Below, piece by piece: positions 20,943 through 30,282 of a stretch of 64,000 nt of DNA. Each line of letters starts with the position of its first letter. The first letter of the stretch is position 1. The notes below the pieces were generated by a model. It worked only from the letters and a program-made list of their open reading frames with translations. It was not told the DNA's origin and did no database searches. The DNA is from an uncultured Syntrophaceae bacterium (lineage in GTDB: Bacteria; Desulfobacterota; Syntrophia; Syntrophales; UBA6807). A program made the position numbers and the translations under genes. Location: assembly GCA_964523565.1 (NCBI GenBank), contig CAZGAK010000007.1:306-64305 (forward strand). The letters run 5' to 3'.

Positions 20943-22142
20943 TTATCCCCTTGCAATGGCATCAGCCATACTTGATACCCTTCTCATAAACTTAACATCG
21001 TGGACCCTGAGAATATGAGCCCCATTCATGATTGCTGCCGCTACGGTCGCTGCGGTACCTTCAATACGATCAGAAGGGTCTCCTCCCGTAATCTCCCCTA
21101 TGAATCTTTTGCGAGATGCTCCGACGAGAATCGGCCTTCCGAGTGTCTTGAATTCCTGCAGATGTTTTAGCAATTTTATATTGTCATTTGTCGTTTTTCC
21201 GAAACCTATACCAGGATCAACGATAATATTATCCACATCTATTCCTGATGATTGCGCCTTTTCTATCCTCTCTCGCAAAAATTGAATAATATCACCCATC
21301 AATGATCCATATGAAAGATCTCCCTTCTGCATTGTTCTCGGTATGCCCCTCATATGCATCAGGACAACAGGTGCTCCATAACGGGCCACGATCCCAGACA
21401 TTCTTTCATCAAATCGCATCGCGCTTATATCATTGACTATTTCCGCGCCCTCTTCCAGAGCTATGCGAGCAACTTCAGATTTACTTGTATCTATTGATAT
21501 TGGAATATGGCAGCGTTTCTTTAATCCCTTTATCAGGGGAATAACCCTTTTCAATTCTTCCTCTGTCGGTACGGAATCTGAACCGGGTCTCGATGACTCA
21601 CCCCCAATATCCAGGATATCGGCCCCTTCTTCCTCCATTTTATCACCATATTCAACGGCGTTTTCGACACAACTGAACATGCCTCCATCTGAGAAAGAAT
21701 CCGGTGTGACATTTATTATTCCCATGATTAGCGTTCGATTTCCGAGTTCTATTTTTCTGTTTGGAGTTTTCAGGATAAAACTGTTTCTGGTAATATTGGC
21801 AAGTAACTTTTTAATATCTTCAGATATTCTCTTCAAACCAAATGGCTGAATGGAAATTTTATCGGCAAACTTTTTCAGTTGCTTGTGAGTACCGATAATA
21901 ATCGCGTCTGTTTGATCTATACTGCAATCTACAGTACCTCTTGCTACGGCAACATCACCACCAATAGAAAGCATCTCTTGCTTTATGATATTCGCTACTT
22001 TAGACCTGATTCCCTCAAGCAATACATTAACATTATTCATCTTGGGAGCCATGGCATCTATGCCATAGGGATCGACTCCAACTTTTTTTAATTCCTCTAC
22101 TGCCTCAGGCTGGGAGGTAATATGCAAGCATCTCATTTTCAT
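20943..22142 (-). CDS. folP: Dihydropteroate synthase with ~135-aa N-terminal extension
   Basis: The DHPS core starts at LIMGIINVTPDSFSDGG (about aa 137) and includes DIGGESSRPG and GASRK. The N-terminal domain is unassigned. Confidence 0.9.
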   Translation of the reverse strand: MKMRCLHITSQPEAVEELKKVGVDPYGIDAMAPKMNNVNVLLEGIRSKVANIIKQEMLSIGGDVAVARGTVDCSIDQTDAIIIGTHKQLKKFADKISIQPFGLKRISEDIKKLLANITRNSFILKTPNRKIELGNRTLIMGIINVTPDSFSDGGMFSCVENAVEYGDKMEEEGADILDIGGESSRPGSDSVPTEEELKRVIPLIKGLKKRCHIPISIDTSKSEVARIALEEGAEIVNDISAMRFDERMSGIVARYGAPVVLMHMRGIPRTMQKGDLSYGSLMGDIIQFLRERIEKAQSSGIDVDNIIVDPGIGFGKTTNDNIKLLKHLQEFKTLGRPILVGASRKRFIGEITGGDPSDRIEGTAATVAAAIMNGAHILRVHDVKFMRRVSSMADAIARG

Positions 22143-22219
22143 TAATCAACGAAGTATAGACAACCATTAACATTCCGCGAACGCTCACTATCTTCCAAAG
22201 CGAATAATGGGCCTCTTAC

Positions 22220-22377
22220 AACACATTTGCAAATTTTAAGTTACTTGAAAGTCAAAAATCGAGTCACTCCCGCGAAAGCGGGAGTCCGTAAGTGTTTGAA
22301 AAAACTGGATTCCCGCTTTCGCGAGAATGACAAAATAGTAGAAATTCGACTTTGGGGGACGTTATGCAAAGGTCTCA
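22220..22377. repeat. MITE-like element, copy B (two inverted cores, nested terminal repeats)
   Basis: GTCACTCCCGCGAAAGCGGGAGTCC, a 19-nt spacer, then GGATTCCCGCTTTCGCGAGAATGAC. The outer arms are ACATTTGCAAA / TGCAAAGGTCTC. The right end overlaps the ftsH stop codon. Confidence 0.65.
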
Positions 22378-24189
22378 ATTTACACTTACCGCGACTTCCT
22401 CTTTATCAATTCCCATAATCGCGTTTATTTCATCGGCATTTAACACTTCTTTTATCAGAAGCTCCTGGGCAAGTTTATTAAGGACATCTATATTATCAGA
22501 CAAAAGATTCTTCGCTTTTTCATAACCTTCTCGAACAATCTTGGATACTTCCCTGTCAATTTTTTCTGCAGTCTCTTCACTGTAATCCTTATGGGTGGCA
22601 AATTCCCTCCCTAAAAATATCTGTTCCTCTTTTTTCCCGTACGCAAGCGGTCCCATCTCATCACTCATGCCCCACTCACATACCATCTTTCTGGCAAGTT
22701 CTGTGGCACGCTCGATATCATTACCTGCTCCCGTTGAAAAGTCTTTCATAACCAACTCTTCAGCCGCCCTTCCCCCGAGGAGAATAACGATATTGTTCAG
22801 GAGAAACTGTCTTAGATAGGTGTGTTTTTCATCAACGGGCAGCTGTTGGGTCAGGCCAAGAGCACGGCCTCTCGGGATAATGGTAACCTTGTGTATCGGA
22901 TCAGATCCGGGTATCAATTTGGCAATCAGGGCATGGCCTGCTTCATGATAGGCCGTATTTCTCTTCTCCTCATCGCTGATGACCATGCTCTTTCTTTCCA
23001 CACCCATCAACACCTTATCTTTGGCATATTCAAAATCATCCATAAAAACATTTGTTTTATTTAATCCTGCCGCACGAAGAGCCGCCTCATTAACCAGATT
23101 TTCTATATCTGCACCTGAAAAGCCAGGCGTTCCCCTGGCAAGCACCGCCAGATCAACATTGGCATCTAAAGGTACTTTTTTGACATGCACATGAAAGATC
23201 TTTTCTCTTCCCTTAATATCAGGGAGAGGAACCACTACCTGTCTGTCAAATCTGCCAGGTCTCAACAAAGCCGGATCAAGTACATCAGGACGGTTAGTCG
23301 CGGACATGAGGATAACCCCTTCATTGGACTCGAATCCGTCCATTTCGACGAGAAGCTGATTCAATGTCTGCTCTCTCTCGTCATGTCCACCGCCTAATCC
23401 TGCCCCTCTGTGTCTTCCAACGGCGTCTAATTCATCGATAAATATAATGCAGGGCGCATGCTTCTTCCCCTGATTAAAGAGGTCTCTTACGCGGGATGCA
23501 CCCACTCCTACAAACATTTCGACAAAATCGGAACCGCTTATACTCAAAAAGGGAACTCCCGCCTCACCGGCAATAGCCCTGGCAAGGAGTGTTTTTCCTG
23601 TCCCCGGCTGACCCACAAGAAGAACACCCTTCGGAATTCTCGCCCCTAATCTGGTAAATTTCTTAGGATCTTTCAAAAAATCAACGACTTCCTCAAGTTC
23701 TGCCTTCGCCTCATCTACACCTGCAACATCGTCAAAGGTTACATTTCCCGACTTTTCGGTCATGAGACGCGCCTTGCTCTTTCCAAACGACATGGCCTTT
23801 CCGCCACCTGACTGCATTTGCCTCATGAAAAAAATCCAAACTCCGACAAGCAGAATAATCGGAAGCCATGATATCAGAATGGTCATATACCAGGCGGATC
23901 CTTCATCAGGCTTGGCAGCAATCCTTACCCCTTTTTCCTTCAAGGTAGAAACAAGGCCGGAATCCTTGGGTGCATACGTCTTAAAAGATCTTCCATCAAT
24001 CAACCGGCCTTTAACATTCTCACCCTGTATTGTAACTTCCTCGACCTGACCCTTATCGATATAAACTAAAAGATCGCTGAATATAATCTCCTGCTGTCCC
24101 CTTTGAGGCTGATTAAACATATGAAAGAGGAGAATAATTACTAAAGTTATAGCAAGCCAGAGGGCTATATTTTTATGAATTGGGTTCAC
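22375..24189 (-). CDS. ftsH: ATP-dependent zinc metalloprotease FtsH
   Basis: Two TM segments, AAA module (GQPGTGKT) and the zinc motif HEAGH. Confidence 0.95.
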   Translation of the reverse strand: MNPIHKNIALWLAITLVIILLFHMFNQPQRGQQEIIFSDLLVYIDKGQVEEVTIQGENVKGRLIDGRSFKTYAPKDSGLVSTLKEKGVRIAAKPDEGSAWYMTILISWLPIILLVGVWIFFMRQMQSGGGKAMSFGKSKARLMTEKSGNVTFDDVAGVDEAKAELEEVVDFLKDPKKFTRLGARIPKGVLLVGQPGTGKTLLARAIAGEAGVPFLSISGSDFVEMFVGVGASRVRDLFNQGKKHAPCIIFIDELDAVGRHRGAGLGGGHDEREQTLNQLLVEMDGFESNEGVILMSATNRPDVLDPALLRPGRFDRQVVVPLPDIKGREKIFHVHVKKVPLDANVDLAVLARGTPGFSGADIENLVNEAALRAAGLNKTNVFMDDFEYAKDKVLMGVERKSMVISDEEKRNTAYHEAGHALIAKLIPGSDPIHKVTIIPRGRALGLTQQLPVDEKHTYLRQFLLNNIVILLGGRAAEELVMKDFSTGAGNDIERATELARKMVCEWGMSDEMGPLAYGKKEEQIFLGREFATHKDYSEETAEKIDREVSKIVREGYEKAKNLLSDNIDVLNKLAQELLIKEVLNADEINAIMGIDKEEVAVSVN

Positions 24190-24294
24190 TTTCCATACTC
24201 CTTTAAAAACAGCTATTTAGGGTAGCTATTAGTTTTTCTTATTAGTTTTTTTGGCCCATATCTGAGAGTCCCATATAACAATCATTATATATAA

Positions 24295-25743
24295 TCAAAT
24301 AATTTCTGCTCTCAGTACCTTCTCTGTTCTATTGGTAACTTTCGCTCTATCGCTTAACCTCACTCCCGGTATCCATAACACCGATTCCTGATCAACCAGA
24401 AGAGGTATTTTCCCCCTTTCGTTTCTGGGGACTTTTTCATCAATAAAAAGTGATTTTACTTTTTTCGTACCTTTCAGACCAAAAGGCTGAATCCTGTCAC
24501 CGGGCCTTATATTTCTTATGACAAGAGGGAAAGATATAACGCTGTAATCTATAAATACTGTACTCCCCGAGCTGTAATCAAATGGGCCGGTATCCATTAG
24601 ATCAAAAGCTATTTTCATTCCTTTTTCTTCGATGTTCACGCTACCAGGAATCTCTATATGATGATAATAATAATCATTCACTTTCCGTTTGTCACCCTTA
24701 CGGCCTTTATTCTTGTCATTTTTCATGGTTAAAGGCGAAGACACCTTCGTGTCAAATCTTTCATCCTTTAAAATTACAAGATTATCATATTCCCGCCTTA
24801 TAGCAACACCAGCGGGAAGATCCAACAGTCCATTTGGCCGGCCACCTTCTATCAGATCGATGACAGATTTCACATGGATGTAACCGATTCCCTTTTTTGA
24901 AGATGAAATGTCATCAAGAATTGTCTTTATAACCCTGAACTGCAAAGCCGGATGCAACGATTTTAAATTCGGGATATCAATTTTTACCCCTTCCTCGCAA
25001 GAATTGATATTCCAATCTGACAGAGTCTTGTCAACGCATTTTTCGATAAAATCATTTTCCAGTCTGAGAATATTCGACATACGGCCAACATTTTCTACCA
25101 GTCTCGGGTTATAGAGCTCCTTCAACTCAGGAATTAATTCATTTCTGATTCTATTCCTCAGATACCTGTTATCCATGTTGGAACTATCGGTAATATATTC
25201 AGCCCCTTCCCCCCTCAGAAAAAAAAGTATTTCTTCTCTTGATACCTCTAACAGGGGTCTTACATAAATTCCATCCCTGACAGGCAATATCCCCCTAAGT
25301 CCTTCCAGCCCGCTCCCCCGCAGAAATTTCATAACGACTGTTTCCGCCTGGTCATTCAGGTTATGTCCGAGAGCGATTTTGTTCAGGTTATAATTTTTCG
25401 CCACTTCTTCAAAGAATTTATAACGTTCCTTCCTGCAGACATCCTCCAAAGATCCTTTTTCCCTTTCTCTGATAGAAGGAATAGAGATTTTTCTGGATTC
25501 AACAGGAATTTTCATCGACTCACCGAGTCTTCGTACAAACTCATCCTCTCTGTCCGACTCTTCACCTCTCAAACCGTGGTTTAAGTATACAATAATAAGG
25601 GTCAGGTTTAAATCTTCGGCAATCCTGGCCATAACATGTAAAAGAGCTACCGAATCGGGACCGCCTGAGGTGGCCACCCCTACCCTGTCCCCCGGATCAA
25701 ACATCCTGAATCTTTCAATAGTCTTTTTTACACTGTGTAACAT
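24295..25743 (-). CDS. tilS: tRNA(Ile)-lysidine synthetase
   Basis: PP-loop SGGPDS at the N-terminus and a TilS C-terminal domain, 482 aa. Confidence 0.9.
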   Translation of the reverse strand: MLHSVKKTIERFRMFDPGDRVGVATSGGPDSVALLHVMARIAEDLNLTLIIVYLNHGLRGEESDREDEFVRRLGESMKIPVESRKISIPSIREREKGSLEDVCRKERYKFFEEVAKNYNLNKIALGHNLNDQAETVVMKFLRGSGLEGLRGILPVRDGIYVRPLLEVSREEILFFLRGEGAEYITDSSNMDNRYLRNRIRNELIPELKELYNPRLVENVGRMSNILRLENDFIEKCVDKTLSDWNINSCEEGVKIDIPNLKSLHPALQFRVIKTILDDISSSKKGIGYIHVKSVIDLIEGGRPNGLLDLPAGVAIRREYDNLVILKDERFDTKVSSPLTMKNDKNKGRKGDKRKVNDYYYHHIEIPGSVNIEEKGMKIAFDLMDTGPFDYSSGSTVFIDYSVISFPLVIRNIRPGDRIQPFGLKGTKKVKSLFIDEKVPRNERGKIPLLVDQESVLWIPGVRLSDRAKVTNRTEKVLRAEII

Positions 25744-25764
25744 AACAAATCCTAATGCGGCAAG

Positions 25765-25862
25765 GGCTGAGGACTGAGAGCTAAAGGCCGGGATTAGAGG
25801 ATTATTCTCCTAATCTCTAACCCTTCAGCCTTTAACCTTGTACCTTTAACCTTGTACCTCTC
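25765..25862. repeat. Heptamer-register low-complexity tract ending in CCTTTAA/CCTTGTA tandem units
   Basis: GGCTGAG GACTGAG ... GCCTTTA ACCTTGT ACCTTTA ACCTTGT ACCTCTC. It fills the HAD-tilS spacer, and CCTTGTA recurs at 49167-49180. Confidence 0.75.
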
Positions 25863-25872
25863 ACATCACAAC

Positions 25873-26517
25873 TCAAATAAACAACTTTTTCAATTCCATT
25901 ATATTTTCACAGAAATAATCAGGCTTTAATTGAAGAAGTTCATCCCTGTTGCCCAGGCCATTCAGTAATGCGCAACTTAAAACCCCTGCATTTTTAGCAA
26001 GGATGATATCATTATTTCCGTCTCCTATAACAACTGTGCGGCTGTCCTCCACTCTATACTTTTCAATCAGGGGGTGAATTATCCGGGCATCGGGTTTCTT
26101 ATATGAACTGCTATCCATACCGAGGATGTCATCAAAAAATTCTTTAATATTCAATTCAGCTGCAATTTTCAAAGTATAACTATAAAGTTTATTTGTAACG
26201 ATAGCTTTCCTCTTGCTTCTGAAGTGATTGAGAACTTCCAGCACACCCGGATAAAGTTTTGTCGTATCCATCATGTGTTCGCCGTAATAGGACATGAAAA
26301 TATTCAGCGCTTCATCAAACCTATCAGGAAATGCGTCGCCAAGTGATCTTTCAATAAGCTTTCTTACGCCGTCTCCGACAAACCCTATGATTCTTTCTTT
26401 CGGTAAAGCAGAATTCCCAAGCGTCTCCAGCATATGATTCACTGCTGCGGCAAGATCATCCCCGGAACTTACAAGGGTACCGTCAAAATCAAAAACCATG
26501 AGATCAATCTTCGTCAT
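25873..26517 (-). CDS. HAD-superfamily phosphatase (phosphoglycolate phosphatase-like)
   Basis: Motif I FDFDGTLV, motif III K, motif IV GDGNND. Confidence 0.8.
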   Translation of the reverse strand: MTKIDLMVFDFDGTLVSSGDDLAAAVNHMLETLGNSALPKERIIGFVGDGVRKLIERSLGDAFPDRFDEALNIFMSYYGEHMMDTTKLYPGVLEVLNHFRSKRKAIVTNKLYSYTLKIAAELNIKEFFDDILGMDSSSYKKPDARIIHPLIEKYRVEDSRTVVIGDGNNDIILAKNAGVLSCALLNGLGNRDELLQLKPDYFCENIMELKKLFI

Positions 26518-26651
26518 CTTATTTCCCCGTTCCTTCAGCCGTTATTCACTTTAAATATAAAAGTAATACACTATTTACAAGAAATAAAATTGAAGCTTCC
26601 CTTCCTTTTATTTATATTGACAACTCATTTTATCGTATGATACGGGTAAGA

Positions 26652-26704
26652 AACCGCTTGGATCCACACTGAATGGACTGAGACGGAACGGTTAGTTGTT
26701 TTTC
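26652..26704 (+). promoter_or_regulatory. Leader hairpin 1 upstream of pan genes (outer helix with unpaired AA, followed by U-tract)
   Basis: AACCG...(inner stem TCCA/TGGA)...CGGTT, with AA (26687-26688) bulged, followed by AGTTGTTTTT. Folded by eye. Confidence 0.4.
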
Positions 26705-26732
26705 AAAGATATGAAGACGTGTATCTAAAGAT

Positions 26733-26774
26733 AAAGACCCTTCCGACATCAGTCAGAAGGGTCTTTCTGGTTTT
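26733..26774 (+). terminator. Leader hairpin 2 / intrinsic terminator-like structure upstream of pan genes
   Basis: 11-bp stem AAAGACCCTTC / GAAGGGTCTTT with a 12-nt loop, then CTGGTTTT. It lies about 30 nt before ATG 26803. Confidence 0.5.
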
Positions 26775-26802
26775 ATCTAACAAAAATGAGATGGTATGCG
26801 CA

Positions 26803-27696
26803 ATGAAAAACAAGAAAGATACGATCGCTATCCTTGGTAGCGGGAAGGTAGGTACGGCAGTCGGGTTTCTCCTTCTATCATCCGGCTATGAGATTGTCGC
26901 CATAGCAAGCCGTTCCGACGAGTCGATAAAGAGGGGTGTTGAATACACTCGAGCTAAACCATTTCGCAGTCTTTCTCAAGCCGCAGCCATGGCTGAGTGT
27001 ATCATTATTTCCACCAGCGACGATGCTATCGCATCGGTTTGCAAAAAAATAACAGAAGACGGCGCTGTCACCCCCGGCAAGAAAGTCATCCATATGAGCG
27101 GCGCGGGAGGGCTCGATCTGCTTGAATCCGCCCGGAAATCGGGAGCACATGTAGCGAGCATACACCCCATTCAGTCCTTTGCCGATGTGACAGGCGCTAT
27201 TGAAAATATACCGGGTACCACTTTCGGCATCACGGCCCAGGAAGAGATAAAAAACTGGTCCGTTCAAATCGTCAAAGATCTTGGCGGCGTTCCCTTTTTT
27301 GTTTCAGAGAAGGATAAACCCCTGTATCACGCTGCCGCCTGCATGGCTTCAAACTATCTCGTTACCCTGATGAACATGGTCGTAGAAGTTTATAAGGCTT
27401 TAGGCTTGAAGCACGATGAAGCGATGAAAGCCTTCTGGCCACTTGTCAGGGGAACAATAAAAAATATAGAAAACCGGGGAACGGTTCAATCACTAACCGG
27501 CCCTATTTCCAGAGGTGATATAGGAACTGTCGAAAAACATCTTCAGGCATTTCAAACCAAACTCCCTGAATTTTTAAATCTGTACCGTGAACTGGGTATT
27601 TTCACTGTAGACATAGGTCACAGAAAAAAGACATTGTCCGATGAAAGGGCAAAAGAAATAAAATTATTGCTATCAGGAGGATTAAAAGATGAGTAA
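26803..27696 (+). CDS. Rossmann-fold NAD(P)-binding / DUF2520 protein (candidate ketopantoate reductase)
   Basis: [13 protein letters not shown] dinucleotide fold and the C-terminal signature LTGPISRGD. The 3' end overlaps panB by 8 nt. Start taken at internal ATG 26803, because the track start lies inside the leader hairpin. Confidence 0.75.
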   Translation: MKNKKDTIAILGSGKVGTAVGFLLLSSGYEIVAIASRSDESIKRGVEYTRAKPFRSLSQAAAMAECIIISTSDDAIASVCKKITEDGAVTPGKKVIHMSGAGGLDLLESARKSGAHVASIHPIQSFADVTGAIENIPGTTFGITAQEEIKNWSVQIVKDLGGVPFFVSEKDKPLYHAAACMASNYLVTLMNMVVEVYKALGLKHDEAMKAFWPLVRGTIKNIENRGTVQSLTGPISRGDIGTVEKHLQAFQTKLPEFLNLYRELGIFTVDIGHRKKTLSDERAKEIKLLLSGGLKDE

Positions 27697-28504
27697 AGCA
27701 GGTAAGATGAACAAGGTAACTACGTCGGTAATCCGTACGATGAAAGAGAAAGGTGAAAAAGTAACCATGTTGACTGCGTACGATTATTCGACTGCCGCCG
27801 TTATGGATGAGGCGGGCGTTGATATGATCTTAATCGGAGACTCCCTTGGCATGGTTGTCCTCGGTTATGACAGCACACTGCCCGTAACAATGGAAGATAT
27901 GCTTCATCACACGAAAGCCGTTTCCCGTGCCGTAGAACGTGCCATGGTGATAGGGGATATGCCCTTTATGTCATATCAGGCCTCCGTTGAAGAAGCCGTG
28001 CGCAATGCAGGACGCTTTATGAAAGAAGCCGGCGCGCATGGTGTAAAACTGGAGGGAGGCAGAGAAGTAGCCGAAGTCACGAGAAGAATAGCATCGGCAG
28101 GAATTCCCGTTATGGGTCATCTTGGCCTTACCCCCCAGTCAGTTCATCAACTTGGAGGATATAAGGTTCAGGGAAAAGATGACGAAGCAGCCAGGAGAAT
28201 AAAAGAAGACGCCAAAATCCTCGAAGAGGCAGGGGCATTTTCCCTTGTTTTAGAATGTGTGCCAGCAGCACTTGCAGCTGAGATTACCAATTCCCTTAAA
28301 ATATCCACCATCGGAATAGGCGGAGGCGTTGATTGTGATGGACAGGTACTGGTGGTGAACGATATGCTTGGAATGTTTGAAAAATTTACGCCCAAATTCG
28401 TCAAAAAATATGCCAACCTGAACGCCAACATGAAAGAGGCCATTGAGCAGTATCTTGACGAAGTTAAAAAGGGCACTTTCCCCGGCAAGGAACACTCATT
28501 CTAA
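27689..28504 (+). CDS. panB: 3-methyl-2-oxobutanoate hydroxymethyltransferase
   Basis: [14 protein letters not shown] and VKLEGG motifs. Confidence 0.95.
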   Translation: MSKAGKMNKVTTSVIRTMKEKGEKVTMLTAYDYSTAAVMDEAGVDMILIGDSLGMVVLGYDSTLPVTMEDMLHHTKAVSRAVERAMVIGDMPFMSYQASVEEAVRNAGRFMKEAGAHGVKLEGGREVAEVTRRIASAGIPVMGHLGLTPQSVHQLGGYKVQGKDDEAARRIKEDAKILEEAGAFSLVLECVPAALAAEITNSLKISTIGIGGGVDCDGQVLVVNDMLGMFEKFTPKFVKKYANLNANMKEAIEQYLDEVKKGTFPGKEHSF

Positions 28505-28649
28505 ACGTTATTCTGGAATCGTTTGGCATATTACGCATCGGTGTCATAAAAAAGAATTTTTACCCCGTTAAATTTGAAGATTATTTAACTGGGGTCTGCT
28601 TAAATTTGCCAGAGATCGACGCCAATGGTTGCAATGGCTGTTTTCCCCT

Positions 28650-28676
28650 CGTTCCCACGCTCCTGCGTGGGAATGC
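28650..28676. repeat. Solo hairpin repeat related to the MITE core
   Basis: CGTTCCCACGC-tcct-GCGTGGGAATG, with a 10-bp stem. Confidence 0.4.
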
Positions 28677-28694
28677 ATATCCTGTGCATCTTAC

Positions 28695-28710
28695 TTTACT
28701 CATGAGTAAA
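28695..28710. promoter_or_regulatory. Perfect 16-bp palindrome upstream of the AAA ATPase gene
   Basis: TTTACTCATGAGTAAA, ending 22 nt before ATG 28733. Confidence 0.4.
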
Positions 28711-28732
28711 ATCGTGTTATGGTGATTTTATC

Positions 28733-29872
28733 ATGAAGAAAATATATGAGCGGTACATAAAAAAACCCGTTGAGGAAGACCTGAAGTCAACCATGGTTTT
28801 TATAGGCGGACCAAGGCAGACAGGAAAAACCACATTTGCATTGAACTTTCTGCCTGAACCCAGTGAAAAACACCCCGCTTACCTGAACTGGGATGATCCT
28901 GGTGCAAGATCGTCATTGCTTAAGGGAGAACTGCCTGCAAACCAGAAATGCATTATATTAGACGAAATACATAAATTCGCAAGATGGCGGAATCTGGTTA
29001 AAGGATTTTACGACACAAACAGGTCTGAAATATCATTTATTATTACAGGATCGGCAAGACTCGATTATTACAGCAAGGGCGGAGATTCCTTGCATGGCAG
29101 ATACCATTATTACCGGCTTCATCCTTTTTCCCCGCGAGAACTCAACCCTGCCCCCACAAAAGATGATATTCAGACATTGTTAAAATTCGGAGGATTTCCC
29201 GAACCATGCCTGAGAGGCGAAGAAAAATTCTGGAGGAGATGGCAAAGGGAGAGACTTCAGCGGGTAATATATGAAGATATCAGAGATCTTGAGAACATTA
29301 AAGAGATAAGTCTGCTTGAACTGCTTGCAGATGAACTTCCAGAAAGAATCGCATCTCCTCTTTCAGTGAAGAATCTGAAAGAGCTTCTTGATGTTGCCCA
29401 TGAAACGGTGGAACGGTGGCTTAAGATATTTGAAAGGATGTATTACTGTTTTCGCATTTCTCCATACGGCCCCCCAAAAACAAGAGCGGTTAAAAAGGAA
29501 AGAAAACTCTATTTATGGGACTGGTCCATTGTTCCTGATCATGGCGCGAGATTTGAAAATTTCATTGCAGCACAACTTTTAAAATATTGTCATTTTATTG
29601 AAGATACAGAAGGTTTTCGCATGGAGCTTCGTTTTCTGCGGGATACGGACAAGCGGGAAATAGATTTTGTTGTGCTGAAGGAAGGGTCTCCGCTCTTTGC
29701 GGTGGAATGCAAGGCAGGAGATAAAAATATAGACCCCTCCATCTACTATTTCATGGAAAGAACGCCGATCCCGAAATTTTATCAGGTGCATGGAGGCGAT
29801 CAGGATTATGAAAAAAATAACGTAAGAGTCATTCCTGTTCACAGATTCTGTCAGGAGCTTGGTTTGCCGTAA
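28733..29872 (+). CDS. AAA+ ATPase with DUF4143-type C-terminus
   Basis: Walker A GGPRQTGKTT and Walker B IILDEIH. The C-terminal region (REIDFVV...ECK) is restriction-endonuclease-like. Confidence 0.85.
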   Translation: MKKIYERYIKKPVEEDLKSTMVFIGGPRQTGKTTFALNFLPEPSEKHPAYLNWDDPGARSSLLKGELPANQKCIILDEIHKFARWRNLVKGFYDTNRSEISFIITGSARLDYYSKGGDSLHGRYHYYRLHPFSPRELNPAPTKDDIQTLLKFGGFPEPCLRGEEKFWRRWQRERLQRVIYEDIRDLENIKEISLLELLADELPERIASPLSVKNLKELLDVAHETVERWLKIFERMYYCFRISPYGPPKTRAVKKERKLYLWDWSIVPDHGARFENFIAAQLLKYCHFIEDTEGFRMELRFLRDTDKREIDFVVLKEGSPLFAVECKAGDKNIDPSIYYFMERTPIPKFYQVHGGDQDYEKNNVRVIPVHRFCQELGLP

Positions 29873-30039
29873 AGCGTGGCAGAGACTGGAGAAACGTTTG
29901 GGTTTGGGCAACAGGCCGTGTAGGCCTGACCCCTGCAACCTCCTTTTATTGCTTGACAGCAATCTTACATAAGAGTAGAAATTGAAACTTCGCGTGAATC
30001 GACAAGCAATCAATTTTATGGATAAAAAGTGAGAATATT

Positions 30040-30282
30040 GTGGTTAAATCACTGACTGAATTAAAATCAGATGAAAGCGGTACGGTGCTTAAAATAGAGG
30101 GGGGCCCGGGTCTTCTGAATCGCCTCGGAGCGCTCGGAATCATTCCTGGTAAAAAAATAACGAAAATCAGCTCCGTATCTATGCGAGGTCCTGTAACCGT
30201 TCTGGTTAACAGAACCCAGCTTGCTCTCGGATTCGGTATGGCCGGCAAGATTATTGTTAACGTAAATCGGGACGTAAAATGA
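30040..30282 (+). CDS. feoA: Ferrous iron transport protein A
   Basis: 80-aa SH3-like FeoA (LGALGIIPGKKI...). GTG start. The 3' end overlaps feoB by 4 nt. Confidence 0.85.
   Translation: MVKSLTELKSDESGTVLKIEGGPGLLNRLGALGIIPGKKITKISSVSMRGPVTVLVNRTQLALGFGMAGKIIVNVNRDVK

Noticed and set aside
22227-22418. ORFs translated through MITE cores: this one, 10139-10348 and 54806-55033, giving peptides such as ...TPAKAGVRK..., ...SFPRKRESS..., ...VIPAKAGIHNK...RLHGNDH.
   Set aside because: They coincide exactly with palindromic repeat units, appear in both orientations, lack an RBS, and are typical repeat-translation artefacts.
26617-26641. TTGACA...TATGAT as the pan-leader promoter.
   Set aside because: The spacer is only 13 nt. 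The upstream TTGAAC-like TTGAAG-N17-TATATT pairing is geometrically better, though both remain unverified.
30010-30040. Fur box upstream of feoA (ATGGATAAAAAGTGAGAATATT versus GATAATGATAATCATTATC).
   Set aside because: There are only scattered matches and no dyad symmetry, which is too weak to call.
29579-30248. Two minus-strand ORFs (144 aa and 100 aa) across the ATPase 3' end, the feoA upstream region and feoA.
   Set aside because: They overlap supported plus-strand genes and the feoAB promoter region, with no homology features or RBS.
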